DNA of 62,819 nt, the filler included, from Craspedostauros australis (taxonomy: Eukaryota): the NCBI GenBank assembly GCA_030167865.1. It is 11 parts of 11 records of this genome, joined end to end, with 100 filler letters (N's around TTAATTAATTAA, not from the genome) between each part and the next. Parts side by side here need not be neighbours in the genome. Positions count along the whole stretch, not along the records: positions 27,380 to 50,307 come from JALAGF010005770.1; 10 more parts are not named here. One strand, written 5' to 3'. Shown here in pieces: positions 34,301 through 45,600 of the stretch. The notes beneath the pieces were generated by a model. It was not told where the DNA came from. It ran no database searches and worked only from the letters and a program-made list of their open reading frames with translations. Made by a program: the position numbers and the translations under genes. How positions within the stretch are numbered: the first letter of the stretch is position 1; each line of letters starts with the position of its first letter.

Positions 34301-34911
34301 ACTGGGGCTGGAGCTGGGGCTGGAGCCAGTGGTTCAGGTTCCTCCGGTTGCTCAGTCATGTCGTAGACTTTCTGGACAGTCCTCTCAAGAGACTCGTCAA
34401 TGTCCTTCCTCGCCTTCGAAAGGAATGCGAGCATGGGGCTTGGCACGCCATCATCGACTGGCGCAGGCGCAGGCGCAGGGGCTTCCTTTGGAGCATCTGC
34501 TGGAGCGTCCTCGGATGCTTCGGCGTCGCCTTCGGATTCGGCATCAGCATCTGAAGCCTCCGCATCTGCGTCTACCTCAGCTTCCGTCTTGGCTTCGCCA
34601 CCCTCCGATTCCACCTTGGTTGCGTTCGCACTAGCATCAGCTTGCGAAGCCCCCTTGATGGCATCCTCAGCTGCCTTGAGCACCTCCTCCGTCTCAGCCA
34701 GGACCTTGTCGACGCTCTCATCCAGATCGGGCCTCCCGATGCTGTCGCTGACGATCTTCGCCTCGGCATCTCCCTCCGTGGCTGCGAGGCGCTGTCGCTG
34801 CACGCGAACAAGTGGTGCGTGCTGGTGTCTGCTGGAGGTCGTGAACGCGCTGCCCAGCTCGAGGGTGGCCGCTGCGCTCAGAGCGAACCAAGCGACGGAA
34901 TCGAACTTCAT
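31397..34911 (-). CDS. Plastid-targeted PyShell (pyrenoid shell)-like protein with three beta-rich repeats; 3 exons, 928 aa
   Basis: Exons 34911-33263, 32800-32289 and 32022-31397 (introns GTCAGT..CAG and GTAAG..AAG; 2787 nt, frame preserved). Bipartite presequence ..GSA-FTT. Three copies of APRGVPT-x3-W-x4-DG-x-I-x-G-x-I-x-G-x3-F-x-DG..TS..T-x-SGSRY-x-L, the motif I recall from diatom PyShell/Shell proteins. Gene model is strong; family name is from memory. Confidence 0.8.
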
Positions 34912-36864
34912 CTTGTCGTTCAGTTCAACGAATAATGGAGTGATGCAGTAACGCAGTAATGCAGTGGTCTACAACTATTGATGGGTATTGCCTTCGTGTG
35001 CTGTCCGCTTCTTCTGTAGCACGGCTATTGCTTGCGCTGGCACACACTCTCTGTCTGTGGAGAACAAAGCAGATGATTGCTCGAGATTCTTTCGGATCTT
35101 TCGCCTTCGTCTCAAATGTGTGTTGATTGTCGAGTGTCGTGCGTTGACTGCTGTGGAGTGTGTACCGCTTGGTGTGAACTCTTGGACATCGGCGGTTCCG
35201 TTCCGTTGGTCTCTGGATCGCAACTTGTTGATGCTGTTGCTCCCCTGTTGTTGGTGACATCCACGAAGACCGTGACGCTCTCTTCGCTTCATTCCCTTGC
35301 AGTCTCACCCGATCCATCAACTGCGTCCACCACCAACCACAACCCTCCTCCGGGTTCTCACCAAGAAAGACAACACCCAACATCACTCGCACACAGGTTC
35401 TTCATCCACATCGACGGATCGGATCATTCTTCACTGTTGCCATTGGACGAGCCTCGCGAAAGATACGAAACGAACACTTTCAGACGGTTTTGAACCCAAA
35501 GATACGTTTCTTCGTACTGCTACGTACTGACGTCAGCACAGCCAACACGACGGCGAATTCGCCTCCCTTGGCATTTATGACACGTCTGTCCGTCGTCTTC
35601 TAATCGACCAATGCGATTATTCCAAAACAAAGTACAGGTGGAACGAAACCAACAACGATCGTACGTATGTTGCACAGTCGTTACATGTGACACATTGTTT
35701 CTAAGGTCAAAGTAGTCAATCAACGACTCAATTCAAGACCCAGACGACAGAATCATATGGAGTTATGGCAATATAGTCAATACCAACGATTAATACGAAT
35801 TGTTGAAGTGACTGGAAGTGGACCAAGGGATTATCAGATAGAACGGTCAACACAACACGCGTCCACTACATGACGTCATACTTGTTCCAAACATAGTCAT
35901 GGGGTCGTGTTGTCATTCCGTGCGATTGCGCGGCCGCTGTTCGCGAAAATGTAATTTGGAGCGGCGGAATGATCAGGGGACCACATCCGCGTTCGCATCC
36001 ACACCCACACTTCTGGACACCCTCCGCTCGCATTTCCCGATCATCCTTCCAAGGGAGACGAACCATGGTTCCTCAGAGCGGCGCTTTTGTTTCCAAGGCG
36101 GACATCATGGCGTCGGGGGATCTTTGCGAGCTACTCCTATTACGACTGCACCATTCGAGGACACAGACCTCACACCTCATCCACGTATGCGTAGCGCCGA
36201 AAGGGGCTCAGCATCCATCCCGAGTCTCCATTCAAGAACAACGAGCTATTCGTGACCTCCCACTGGATGCGGTTTGAAGCCAGTGCCAATACTCCACTCG
36301 ACCCCTCCGTGATCCCATGGGGGTCGATTTCTGTTCCCCCTCAAACAAAGGCGCCATTCGGCGGTGTCTGGCGAGACCGGTAGCGCCAACACATTCGTTC
36401 CTTTGGTGCACACCGTGATGATGGCAACACTTCATCATGGGAGAAAGCGAAAGAGGATGGGGGAGAGAAAGAACGAGCTACCTCGCGGGAGAAAATCAAT
36501 GAAATAACTGGTCAGGGGATGAGCGTCCAGAGCCGAGGATTGGTTGTAGGCAATGCCTGCATCCTCTGACATTGCCTATGCCTGCGTTACCCAAAACAGG
36601 CCATGAGCGACTGAGGCACCAGCATTCGAACAGTCTGAGAAGCTCGTGCTCCCCCCAGCTGTGTTGGATCGTCATATGTTTGGACACACCATCAAGACCT
36701 CATCCCACCTCTGAACGCTCACATTTCTCAATCTCGATCTCATTCCAATCAGACCAGAAGAAGATTGCATACCCATCACACCACCAGCTTCGTTCTCAGA
36801 CTCGCATCGACTTGAACAGCATCATCCATCAGAACACATCAAGTCCCATCTCGACTACCGCACC

Positions 36865-39800
36865 ATGTTCAAACTCAGTAGCGCCAGCAAGCTGAACAGA
36901 ACAAATGAGCACGCTGAATCGGCCCAATTCTCATCATTCCGCGACTTTTCCGAAACGGCAACGCTCGTCTCCGAAAGCAACAATGACACCTCATCTAGCA
37001 GCAGCCAGAACTCCATCGCCCGGTTGGACTTCTCCAGGATCGGCTTGGTCGGCCGAGACCATGAGGCGCGGATCATGCAGCGCTCCATCGACCTCATCTT
37101 CAAGGAGCAGCGCCCGATGAAGCAAGGCCGACAATGGAAAGACGGGGAGGAAGGCACAAGCTTCGTTCAAATGGAAGAGATGCAGCTGCCGCATGATGGC
37201 GGTGATGGCGATTCTTGTGATTATGATTGTGATCATAGCACACAGACGGGAGGGTCGGAACTGAGCTCAATCACCTCGCATGAATCATCCACGCGACTCT
37301 TGGCGCTCATGTCCGGTCTCTCCGGCAGCGGCAAGTCTGCCCTCGCCATGAGCTTCAAGCAGCAATGCATTCAGAGATTCGGCTTCTTCGTAGCAGGAAA
37401 GTTTAATCTGCAGCAGATGGAGGAGCCGTACGCAGGCATCAAGGCGGCCATGGCAGACTTATGCCAGCAGATCCAGCGCCTTCCTCGCAACGACATCGTG
37501 GGGAGCGAACAGAATGATCCCAGACGGCTCTCCGTGCTGTCACGTGACCTCTCCGCCGCATTCGACGCATCCGAACTAAACACTCTGTTCCAGCTCATCC
37601 CTGATCTATCCCACATCACCCATCCCGCCCCAAGCTTCCAGTTGACAGATACCGACGATGACGCAAGTAGCAAGGATCTGTCAGTGCCAATCGCCCCCTC
37701 TGCTTCTACCTCCAACTCAACCTCCACCTCATCTGTGAATTCGACCAGCAGCATGGATCTGCAAGACAGCACCACATTCCAAAAGAATTCGAACCGCTTC
37801 AAGTTCGTCCTCGGTCGCTTCTTGCAAGTCATCTGCAACTTCTGCCCAATTGTGTTGGTGGTGGATGATCTGCAGTGGGCTGACAGAGCATCCGTGGATT
37901 TGCTGGAAACATGGATACTGGACAGCCGTAACACGTCGCTGATGATCGTCGGCTGCTATCGCTCGAATCTACTCGAGAGCAACCTCCACCTCAACACAAC
38001 CATCGACAAGCTGAAGCAATCCAGACGCCAGCGAGTTATCCGCATCTTGAACATATCCGTTGGTGACTTGACGACTGGTGATGTCCAATCCATGTTGATG
38101 AAGCTGTTGGGCGTTTCCGAACCAACCGCATCCGTCCAGGAGCTCTCAAGCATCGTTCACAAGAAGACGGGTGGCAACGTGTTCTTCATTCGGCAGTTCC
38201 TCGAGTCGCTGGTTCAAGAGGATCTCCTCACGTTCAAGCAACGCATCCATTCTAGCGACAACGATTCCATCGACAATCACGCTGACGATGACCTTTCTGA
38301 CCACGATGAACAAACCGCGAGGGATAGAGAATGGACATGGGACAACCAACTCATCCAGCTCAACTCGGCAGCAACGACGAACATCGTCGAGCTCATGAAA
38401 GCGAAGCTCCAGAAGCTCTACGCGGCAAGCAACCAGCCCATACTCTCCATCGCAGCGTGTCTCGGGGCAACTTTCTCCGTGTCCACACTCAATGTGGCCA
38501 TCCGGTCACTCACGATCCATTCCGACCACTCCAAGTTCTGCCGGAGGATCTTCAAGGAGTACTCAGGACGCGCAACCGAATCATCCATCCATGATGCGCT
38601 CTGTCTGTACGAGAAGGAAGGGCTGATCGAGATGCACGCAAAGAGAAGCAAGCCAAAGGCAACGAGCAAACGGCAGCAGACAAGTCAGGCAGAGAAGGCG
38701 GATACGGCATCCAGCAATGCTAGTCATGGCGCCGCTCTCCATGCAACCAAACCATTGGGGAAATCCACAGGGAGCAGAAATGGTCACACCTGCACATTCG
38801 TCCATGACAAGGTGCAAGAGGCGGCTTTGTCGCTCGTATCCAAGGATCAGCTCTCTGAGCTCAAGTACCGCGTGGGGATCATCCTCCTCTCGACCCTGCC
38901 AGCCCACCAGCTGGAATCCAAGATCTTCTCCGTGGTGAACCTCATCAGAACAAGAATTGACCTTATTCCAGACCACACGAAGGGCGGTCAGCGCATGAAG
39001 ATCGCCATGCTCAACCAACGAGCTGGCGTGCAAGCGGTGGCATGCTCGGCGTACCATCCTGCGCTCGCCTACTTCGACACGGCGATCTCGCTGCTCCCAG
39101 AAGATCACTGGACCTCGAACCTCCAGCAAAGCCTCTGTATCTACTCACCGGCGGCGGAATGTGCATACATGGTGCGCAACATGTAGCAAATGCACAAGTA
39201 CTGCTCCATGATCATCCGATCCAACTGCTCGATACTTGATAAGGTGCGCGCGTACCACATCATGATCGATGCATCCTTGGCGAAAGCTGGCGATGAGCGC
39301 GAAGGTGAGGCCAGGGAAGATGCCACGAGTATGGCAGCAACAGCAACATCATCGTCAGCATCGTCACCATCATCGTCATCGAATCCAAGCGACGGCACGA
39401 TGATCCATGTTGGTGGAGAGAAGTACGTTTCCACAGAGAACACGGTCGAGCTGTGCCTCTTCGTGCTGGAGGAATTCGGATACAAGTTTCCAAAGGGATC
39501 AACACGGCGAACAATTGCAACAGCATGTGGTCTGCTTCGACTGAAAATCAACGCGAAGAAATGGACGGCGCAAACCTTCGCTAACTTGCCACGACTGGTG
39601 GATGAAACCGAAGTTGCCATCATGAAGACCCTCAACAAGCTTGCAATGGTGACAGCGATCATGCTACCTGAGTTGCTTCCTCTCGTCATGTCGAAAACCA
39701 TCGAGCGGACGATGAAGCATGGGCTCACTCCTTACTCGCCTGCCGCATTTGCACTCCAAGGACTGGTTATCGGCTTCTTCCTCGGGGACACGAAGGCGGG

Positions 39801-40860
39801 CGTTGCTCTTGGCGAAACTGCCATCAGCCTCCTACAACTCACTGGTAGCAAACAGGATGCAGGCCAAACGAAGCTCGTGATGTACGCATCAATTTGGCAT
39901 TGGAGAAATCCTATCGAAGAAATTGAGCAGCCTCTCATCGAAGGGTACCAAGGAGGAATGGCAGCAGGGGAGGTTGATCCTGCGATGTGGTGCATTGTGA
40001 GCTACGTGGAAGCGTGCCTCGTTACCGGAAGACCGTTACCAGCCTTGGATGAAGAGCTCTCGACGCAATCGAAGGTGATGGAAGACTTCCGGCAGCATAC
40101 ACAAATCCGGTATACCAAGATCATTTGGCAGGCCATCCAGAACTTGCGCGGGATGTCAGACCATTGCGTGAAGCTGGTTGGCGACGCTTTCAACGAAGAA
40201 ACAGCCACAGCCAAGCAGGGCAGCGAGATAGAACGTGTCACACTGCAGGGTAGGGTGTACTACACTCTGTACAACGCTCCGATATTCGGGGAGTTCCAAA
40301 TCGGAGCTGATATCATCGTCGATAAACTCCATGATTGCGTGAAAGACGCGACGGGCGTAGCGTTGTATCCCATTCGGATCTTCTTTGGTGCATATTGTTG
40401 CTACATCACTCTCAGCCAGACACTCCACGGCAAAGGTGACAGCAACGGCAGCGGCAGCGGTACAAGCATAGGCAACAGAAAGCACAAAGCCAGCGCGTAT
40501 CGCAAGACCGCCAAGGTCTGCAAGCAAATGCTGAAGAAATGGATTCAAGGCGGCAACCCGAATCTGACACACTGCCTTTCAATGTTGAATGCGGAAAAGT
40601 GTGTCCTGAAACGGAAGTACGACAACGCTGTGGGGCATTATCGTGCGGCCATCGACTTCACCCGCAAACGCGGCTTCATCCATATGGAAGGCTTGGCGAC
40701 TGAACGACTTGCGTACTGTCTCCTGGTGCAGGGGGAACGGGAAGATGCATCTGCATTGCACGAGGCATCGATACGGCTATTCTCCGATTGGGGTGCGGAC
40801 AAGAAGGTCGAAGTGATGGAATCGAGATGGCAACGTGCTATTGAGCGCGGCGGTCGGTGA
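36865..40860 (+). CDS. STAND-type P-loop NTPase (AAA_16-like) with a helical C-terminal region, split by one in-frame TAG at 39184-39186
   Basis: LVGRDHE, Walker A GLSGSGKS, GKFN..EPY, Walker B VLVVDDLQWAD, KTGGNVFF, FVHDKVQEAA and C-terminal A.ER..WGA..KV resemble the NTPase module of bacterial multi-sensor kinase proteins. ORFs 36865..39186 and 39190..40860 share a frame. Confidence 0.85.
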
Positions 40861-41677
40861 AGAGGTTCCAGCTGATGAGATTGGACAGAGGGAAGGCAGT
40901 CGATGCAGCGACATACCACTATCATGCCGTGTAGTTGTATTAGCCCTATTCGTGCTTTAGGCACATGCTGTGGATCCATGTCAAAGTATCATACGATCGA
41001 TTGCAGCACCGATTGGCTCTTCTTGCGTCTTCTGACGCTGTCGTGGCTTGCAGCCTCTTGGTGTGCTTGGACCGAAATAGGGTTCTCGGTGTCTATTCAG
41101 ACCTGCAGCAAGCACTTTCTACATTTTGCTTCATCCTTTCACAGAATCCAAGAGGTCGAAGTGTCTGAGTCGTGCATGGGTGTTCTTGGAACAAGCATGA
41201 TTTCCTCGTCGATTGTCCACACGAAACATGATGGCAAGGCAAGCGCCTCCTTGTTGTTGTGGTTATTTGGTACGATCGAAAGTGTTCAAACCCTCTGCTT
41301 TGAAGTGCTCACAAGGTCAGAGAAAGGGATTGGACATCAACGAATGCGCTGGACTCTGCTCATCCTTTGCATCCATCGTACTTGCAATACCCTCGGGAGA
41401 GATCTTTCCACATTTTCGCTGGATCGAGCTCCTGAATTTCTGGGAAGAGAGCAGACAAACAGGCTTGAAGCGAACATCGACGTCATTTCACTATTCATGG
41501 CTGGCAGTTCCTCGCCAATACTGGTCCAGTTTTCTCCATGGCACTCTCCCAGCAGTCTCCAATTATTCTATTCTATAATACAATACTTTGCTGTACTATA
41601 CGTACTCGCACATCCCATCGCGGCTCATCCTGCGCGTCCAGAAACCGTGGCACTCTCTCCTGAGAGAAAGGAGATAC

Positions 41678-42392
41678 ATGCGAGACAGCGATCGTCTTCT
41701 CGACGGATTCCCGGAGCATTCAAACGAAGGGCGCATGCATATCCTCTCTGGTGGCAAGCCTGCGGTCCCTTCTCTGGACGCGCGACCCACAACCACCAAG
41801 ATGAAGTTCTTCGACTTGATCAGCGCTGAGCAGATTGCGCTCACCTTCGATGACGATGAGCGTTGGTCTCTGCTCGAGGAAGATGAGACCGACAAGTTGC
41901 TGGACACCAACAGCAGCTACGGCATCGATGACGCCCATCTGCAGGATGGGGACGCAACTTCGCGTGAGCAAGCAAACGTGCATTCACTGCTGGTACGAGC
42001 AGAACAAACACAAGCACAGCGCAGTGCCAAGCGTTCGTCGGACGGGAACGGCAAGACTCCAACATCAAATCACGGCGCCGCTCTGCCTCCATCCAAGAGA
42101 GTACTAGCGGAACCGCCAAACGAAGCCTGGATGGATGCGGAGGAAATCCAAGCACGGGAAATGACGGAGTTATCGTTGAAAGAAAGATCCGACGTGTACG
42201 AAGACATCCATGGGGTTCGGCAGCCGGTTGAAGAAACAGAGGCGTTACGACAGAAGCGTTTGCAGCAGTTGGAAATCGAATTGACTGTCGGTCTCTACGA
42301 TAGCAAGCGCAAGTACCGATTGCCGATCGAAGACAAGTCCATGAGAGATACTTACGTGATGGTATCGTTCTTGTCACCGCGCATTACGTCCG
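41678..42392 (+). pseudogene. N-terminal part of a diatom-family gene (usually followed by a CRAL-TRIO-like/DUF6824 region), interrupted by the LINE
   Basis: Motif ELSLKERSDVYEDIHGV..EET..LQQLEIEL; the frame runs straight into the LINE's (TAA)7 tail. Family assignment is from memory and the start codon is uncertain. Confidence 0.55.
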
Positions 42393-42612
42393 ATAATAAT
42401 AATAATAATAATAACTCACTGAATATCCCCTGCGCACAGGGTTGCCTCGAAGGCTTTAGAGTCGACCGCATACAACGAGCCAAAGGCCGATTGCGCTGGA
42501 ACGACTGCACTGGGTCTCTCACTACCTAGTCTACCATGGTTTGCCAGCTCCATGGGCCATCTAACATACCGCACTGGGCATCCGGCTTGCGCCCGCCATG
42601 CTCTTCACTTGC

Positions 42613-45600
42613 TCATGTACCGATCCGTCCTCCACGTCGTCGCTTTCTTGCCCTTCCGTCACCTGAAGCCGCAGCAAACCGTCGCTTGCTCCTGCTCCGC
42701 CCTCGCCGTTGCCGTCTCGCGTCGTTCGCAAGTCCTTGGCTCTCTCCGCGTGCCTCGCTTTCCACTGCACTCCTCCGCTCGCTGGCTGCTCTGGCCGCAC
42801 TCCGCGCTGCCTGCACATGCCGCACCCATCGGCGCTGGTCGTCCACGGGCCACCTTGCGAGTTCGTTCCGTGTAACATTCGCTAGCAGCCCACGATCCGC
42901 TGCCATAATGCCTGCATCCCCCATCTCCCACTGCTGATTCACCATCCTGCACACTGCTACCATCGCAGCTGCTTCGCGCTTGCGCCCTTCCCGGTCATGC
43001 AGCACCCTGTTTCGCGCCTCCCAGGCTTTCCATCGCACGTCCCACAGTCCTGCGACTGCCGCTCCCATCCAGTTTGACGGCTTCATGGGCCGCTCCTCGA
43101 TCTCCATTCGAGCTGACTGAACCTGTCGCCACCTCTTGGACCACCGCCCTCTTGTCATCATCCCCCACCCGATCGCCTGCTGATCGTTAACGGCATCTTG
43201 GACCACTCGCTGTGCTCTTGGCTCCGGCTCCTCCTTATTGCACCAGCTCCTGATTTGGCGCACCATTTCGCTCACCATGCCCACATCTCCTCCGGCCTGC
43301 AGCATGTCATCCTTCCATTTGGAAAGCGCAGCTTCCCTCACTGCCATTGCTGCGGGGTGTCGGCACTGCAATATATGCTCCGTCGTCTCTTCTTCGTCGC
43401 GACAAATCGGGCACTCGCTGCTCGCCCAAAACCCCCACTTCGCCATATTACGCCCCACTGGCCCGAACCCCGCGGCATGCTTCACCACCCATCGTTTTCG
43501 TGCACTGCCTAATCGCCCCATAGCTGCCTGAACCGACTCCACGTCGATGCGCTCGATCACCTCCGCCGACATCTTCTTGGTTTTGCGCTGCCACGCCCAC
43601 GCCTTTGCACTCTGGACATGGCGCCGAAGTTCAGCCTTCACACCTCGACACACTTTACATGACCGAAGCCACACCGACCACTCATCATCTCTCCACTCGC
43701 CGTCTGTGCTACTCTTGTGGCTTTTCTGCTCCACTCCAGCCAGGCGATCCACGTCATCATTCCAGTAAGTAAACTCGTCTCTCGCGACGCCACGATCGCG
43801 CTCCAGCTGGTGACCATACACATGTCGATACTCAAGTTTTGCTGGTATCGTCCTTGTCACCTGTCGTATCGCCCTCAAGAGGTCGAAGTGCTGGACTCCN
43901 ATGTGTACATCGCGATCGTATTCCACGGCATGGATGCCGGCCATGCGGTTGTCGCAGGCGACCACAACTGTCGCCGCAGAAGCACCGCTCTCTGTGCCGG
44001 ATTCCCGAAGCATTCTGTCAGCCACCACCAGGGCTTGGTATATGCCACCTAGCTCTGCTCGGTACGCGCTCTGTATTGCTTGTCTTCCTTGCACCGGCCC
44101 CGCCATCTGTAGACATCCATCACGTTGCCCTCGCACGTTCAACGAGAAAGCCGCCGTGCTCCTGCCGTCCTTAAACGACCCATCGGTGCTGATAACAGCT
44201 CTACCTTCTCGTGCTGCCTGGACCCACTTCTCTGCGGCTTCCCCGAATTCTGACCTCACGGCCCCGCTCGGTTGTCTCCACCATCTGCCCACTCCCACCA
44301 CGTATACCTGTTCATCCTGTTGTCGGAGCCATACTTGGCGTCCCTGCGTTGCCGCCAGCTCTGTGGGTTGCCCTTGACGCCGGAATCCCTGTAGTCCTGG
44401 GTCGTCGCCAGCTCGTGCTGCCCACTTCTGCCAGCGGCCCCCGCTCTCTCTGGTCCACACTGCGCTTGCGCTCACCTCCCACAGAGCTTCCGGTGGCGCC
44501 ACCATTCGGCCGTCTGTCGAGAGCTGTCCTCGAACTCTGCGTATCGCTCGCCCCCACAACCTCCAGTCTTGGTCCGGTATTGGTCCTTGCCGCGGCCAAG
44601 CTATGCTAGCTCGTCCTCGCCATCGGCCGCGCGCCGTCTCTGGAGGGAGCTCTGCTTCCGCGCACGCCACGTCTCCGGTCGTCATCACCTGCATTTTTAC
44701 CCTGCATCGATTCAGACGCTCCAGTTGCGCTCTTGTGTACCCTGCTCCGCGCAGTGCCGGCATCAGCCATTCCTCCTTCTCCCACGCTCGAATGGTAGTT
44801 GGCGTCCTCTCCCGCAAGTCGATGCCGTACTCTTGGACCTCTCTCCACACTGTTTTGATCCAACAGTCCGTCGCCAGAAACGACCATGCCTTGTAGCTCG
44901 TATTGAAGAGAGCATCGCCGATGCCGATCTCCGTTTTCATCGCTTCGATCGTCCCTCGAATAAGTTTGCCTGTAACCGTGCTCCTTTCGCCATGCTCCAG
45001 CACCATGCATACATGCTCCACGACCTGCGTCGTGTGCAACTCATGCACATTGGCCCCGAGCAACGCACTTGGCGCGTGGATCATAGCCCTCGGGAAGCCT
45101 TTGTTGTAGCCGAGCTTGGACATCGTCGCCGCCCACACGGGCTTCATTGTCTGCCTCGCTTCAGCTTCGCTAAGTTGCGCCACCGGCAGAACGTACTCCA
45201 GCTTCTTCAGCAGTATGCTCCGAATCGCCGCGTCTGCGTCCTGTTTCCTTACTCGCTTCGTTCTGACCTTCTCTGCCCAATTCTTGGCTTTGTCTTGTAT
45301 AGCTTCGACGATAGCTGCGCCGTTTCCATCTGGTGCCAGTCGCACTCCAAGAGTCTCGAATGCTTGGTGCCGAGCACTTTTTGGCATCTTCTGTCGGTCT
45401 CTATTGCTGCCTGCCATCCAGATCTCGTACGGCGTCTCCTCCTCATTCGCGTACCGCCACGTGCCATCCTCTCGCCACTTGAAGTCGATCGGCCACCACA
45501 TGCTCTTCTCTACCACCAATGCTCCTCCCGTCGCCCTCACTAGCGCTTCCCACATATCCACGCTACTCTGCATTCTCTTTACGGCTTCTTTGATACCCTC

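Noticed and set aside
32966..34366. 466-aa plus-strand ORF, and similar antisense ORFs at 31431, 24475, 25211 and 7283
   Set aside because: Antisense shadows of GC-rich, codon-biased real genes.
5976..34911. SLC4 and the PyShell-like gene as a CO2-concentrating gene cluster
   Set aside because: They are separated by six artificial spacers, so physical linkage is not shown.
40903..41829. 308-aa ORF between the STAND gene and the LINE-disrupted gene
   Set aside because: No motif, and it overlaps the better-supported frame starting at 41678.
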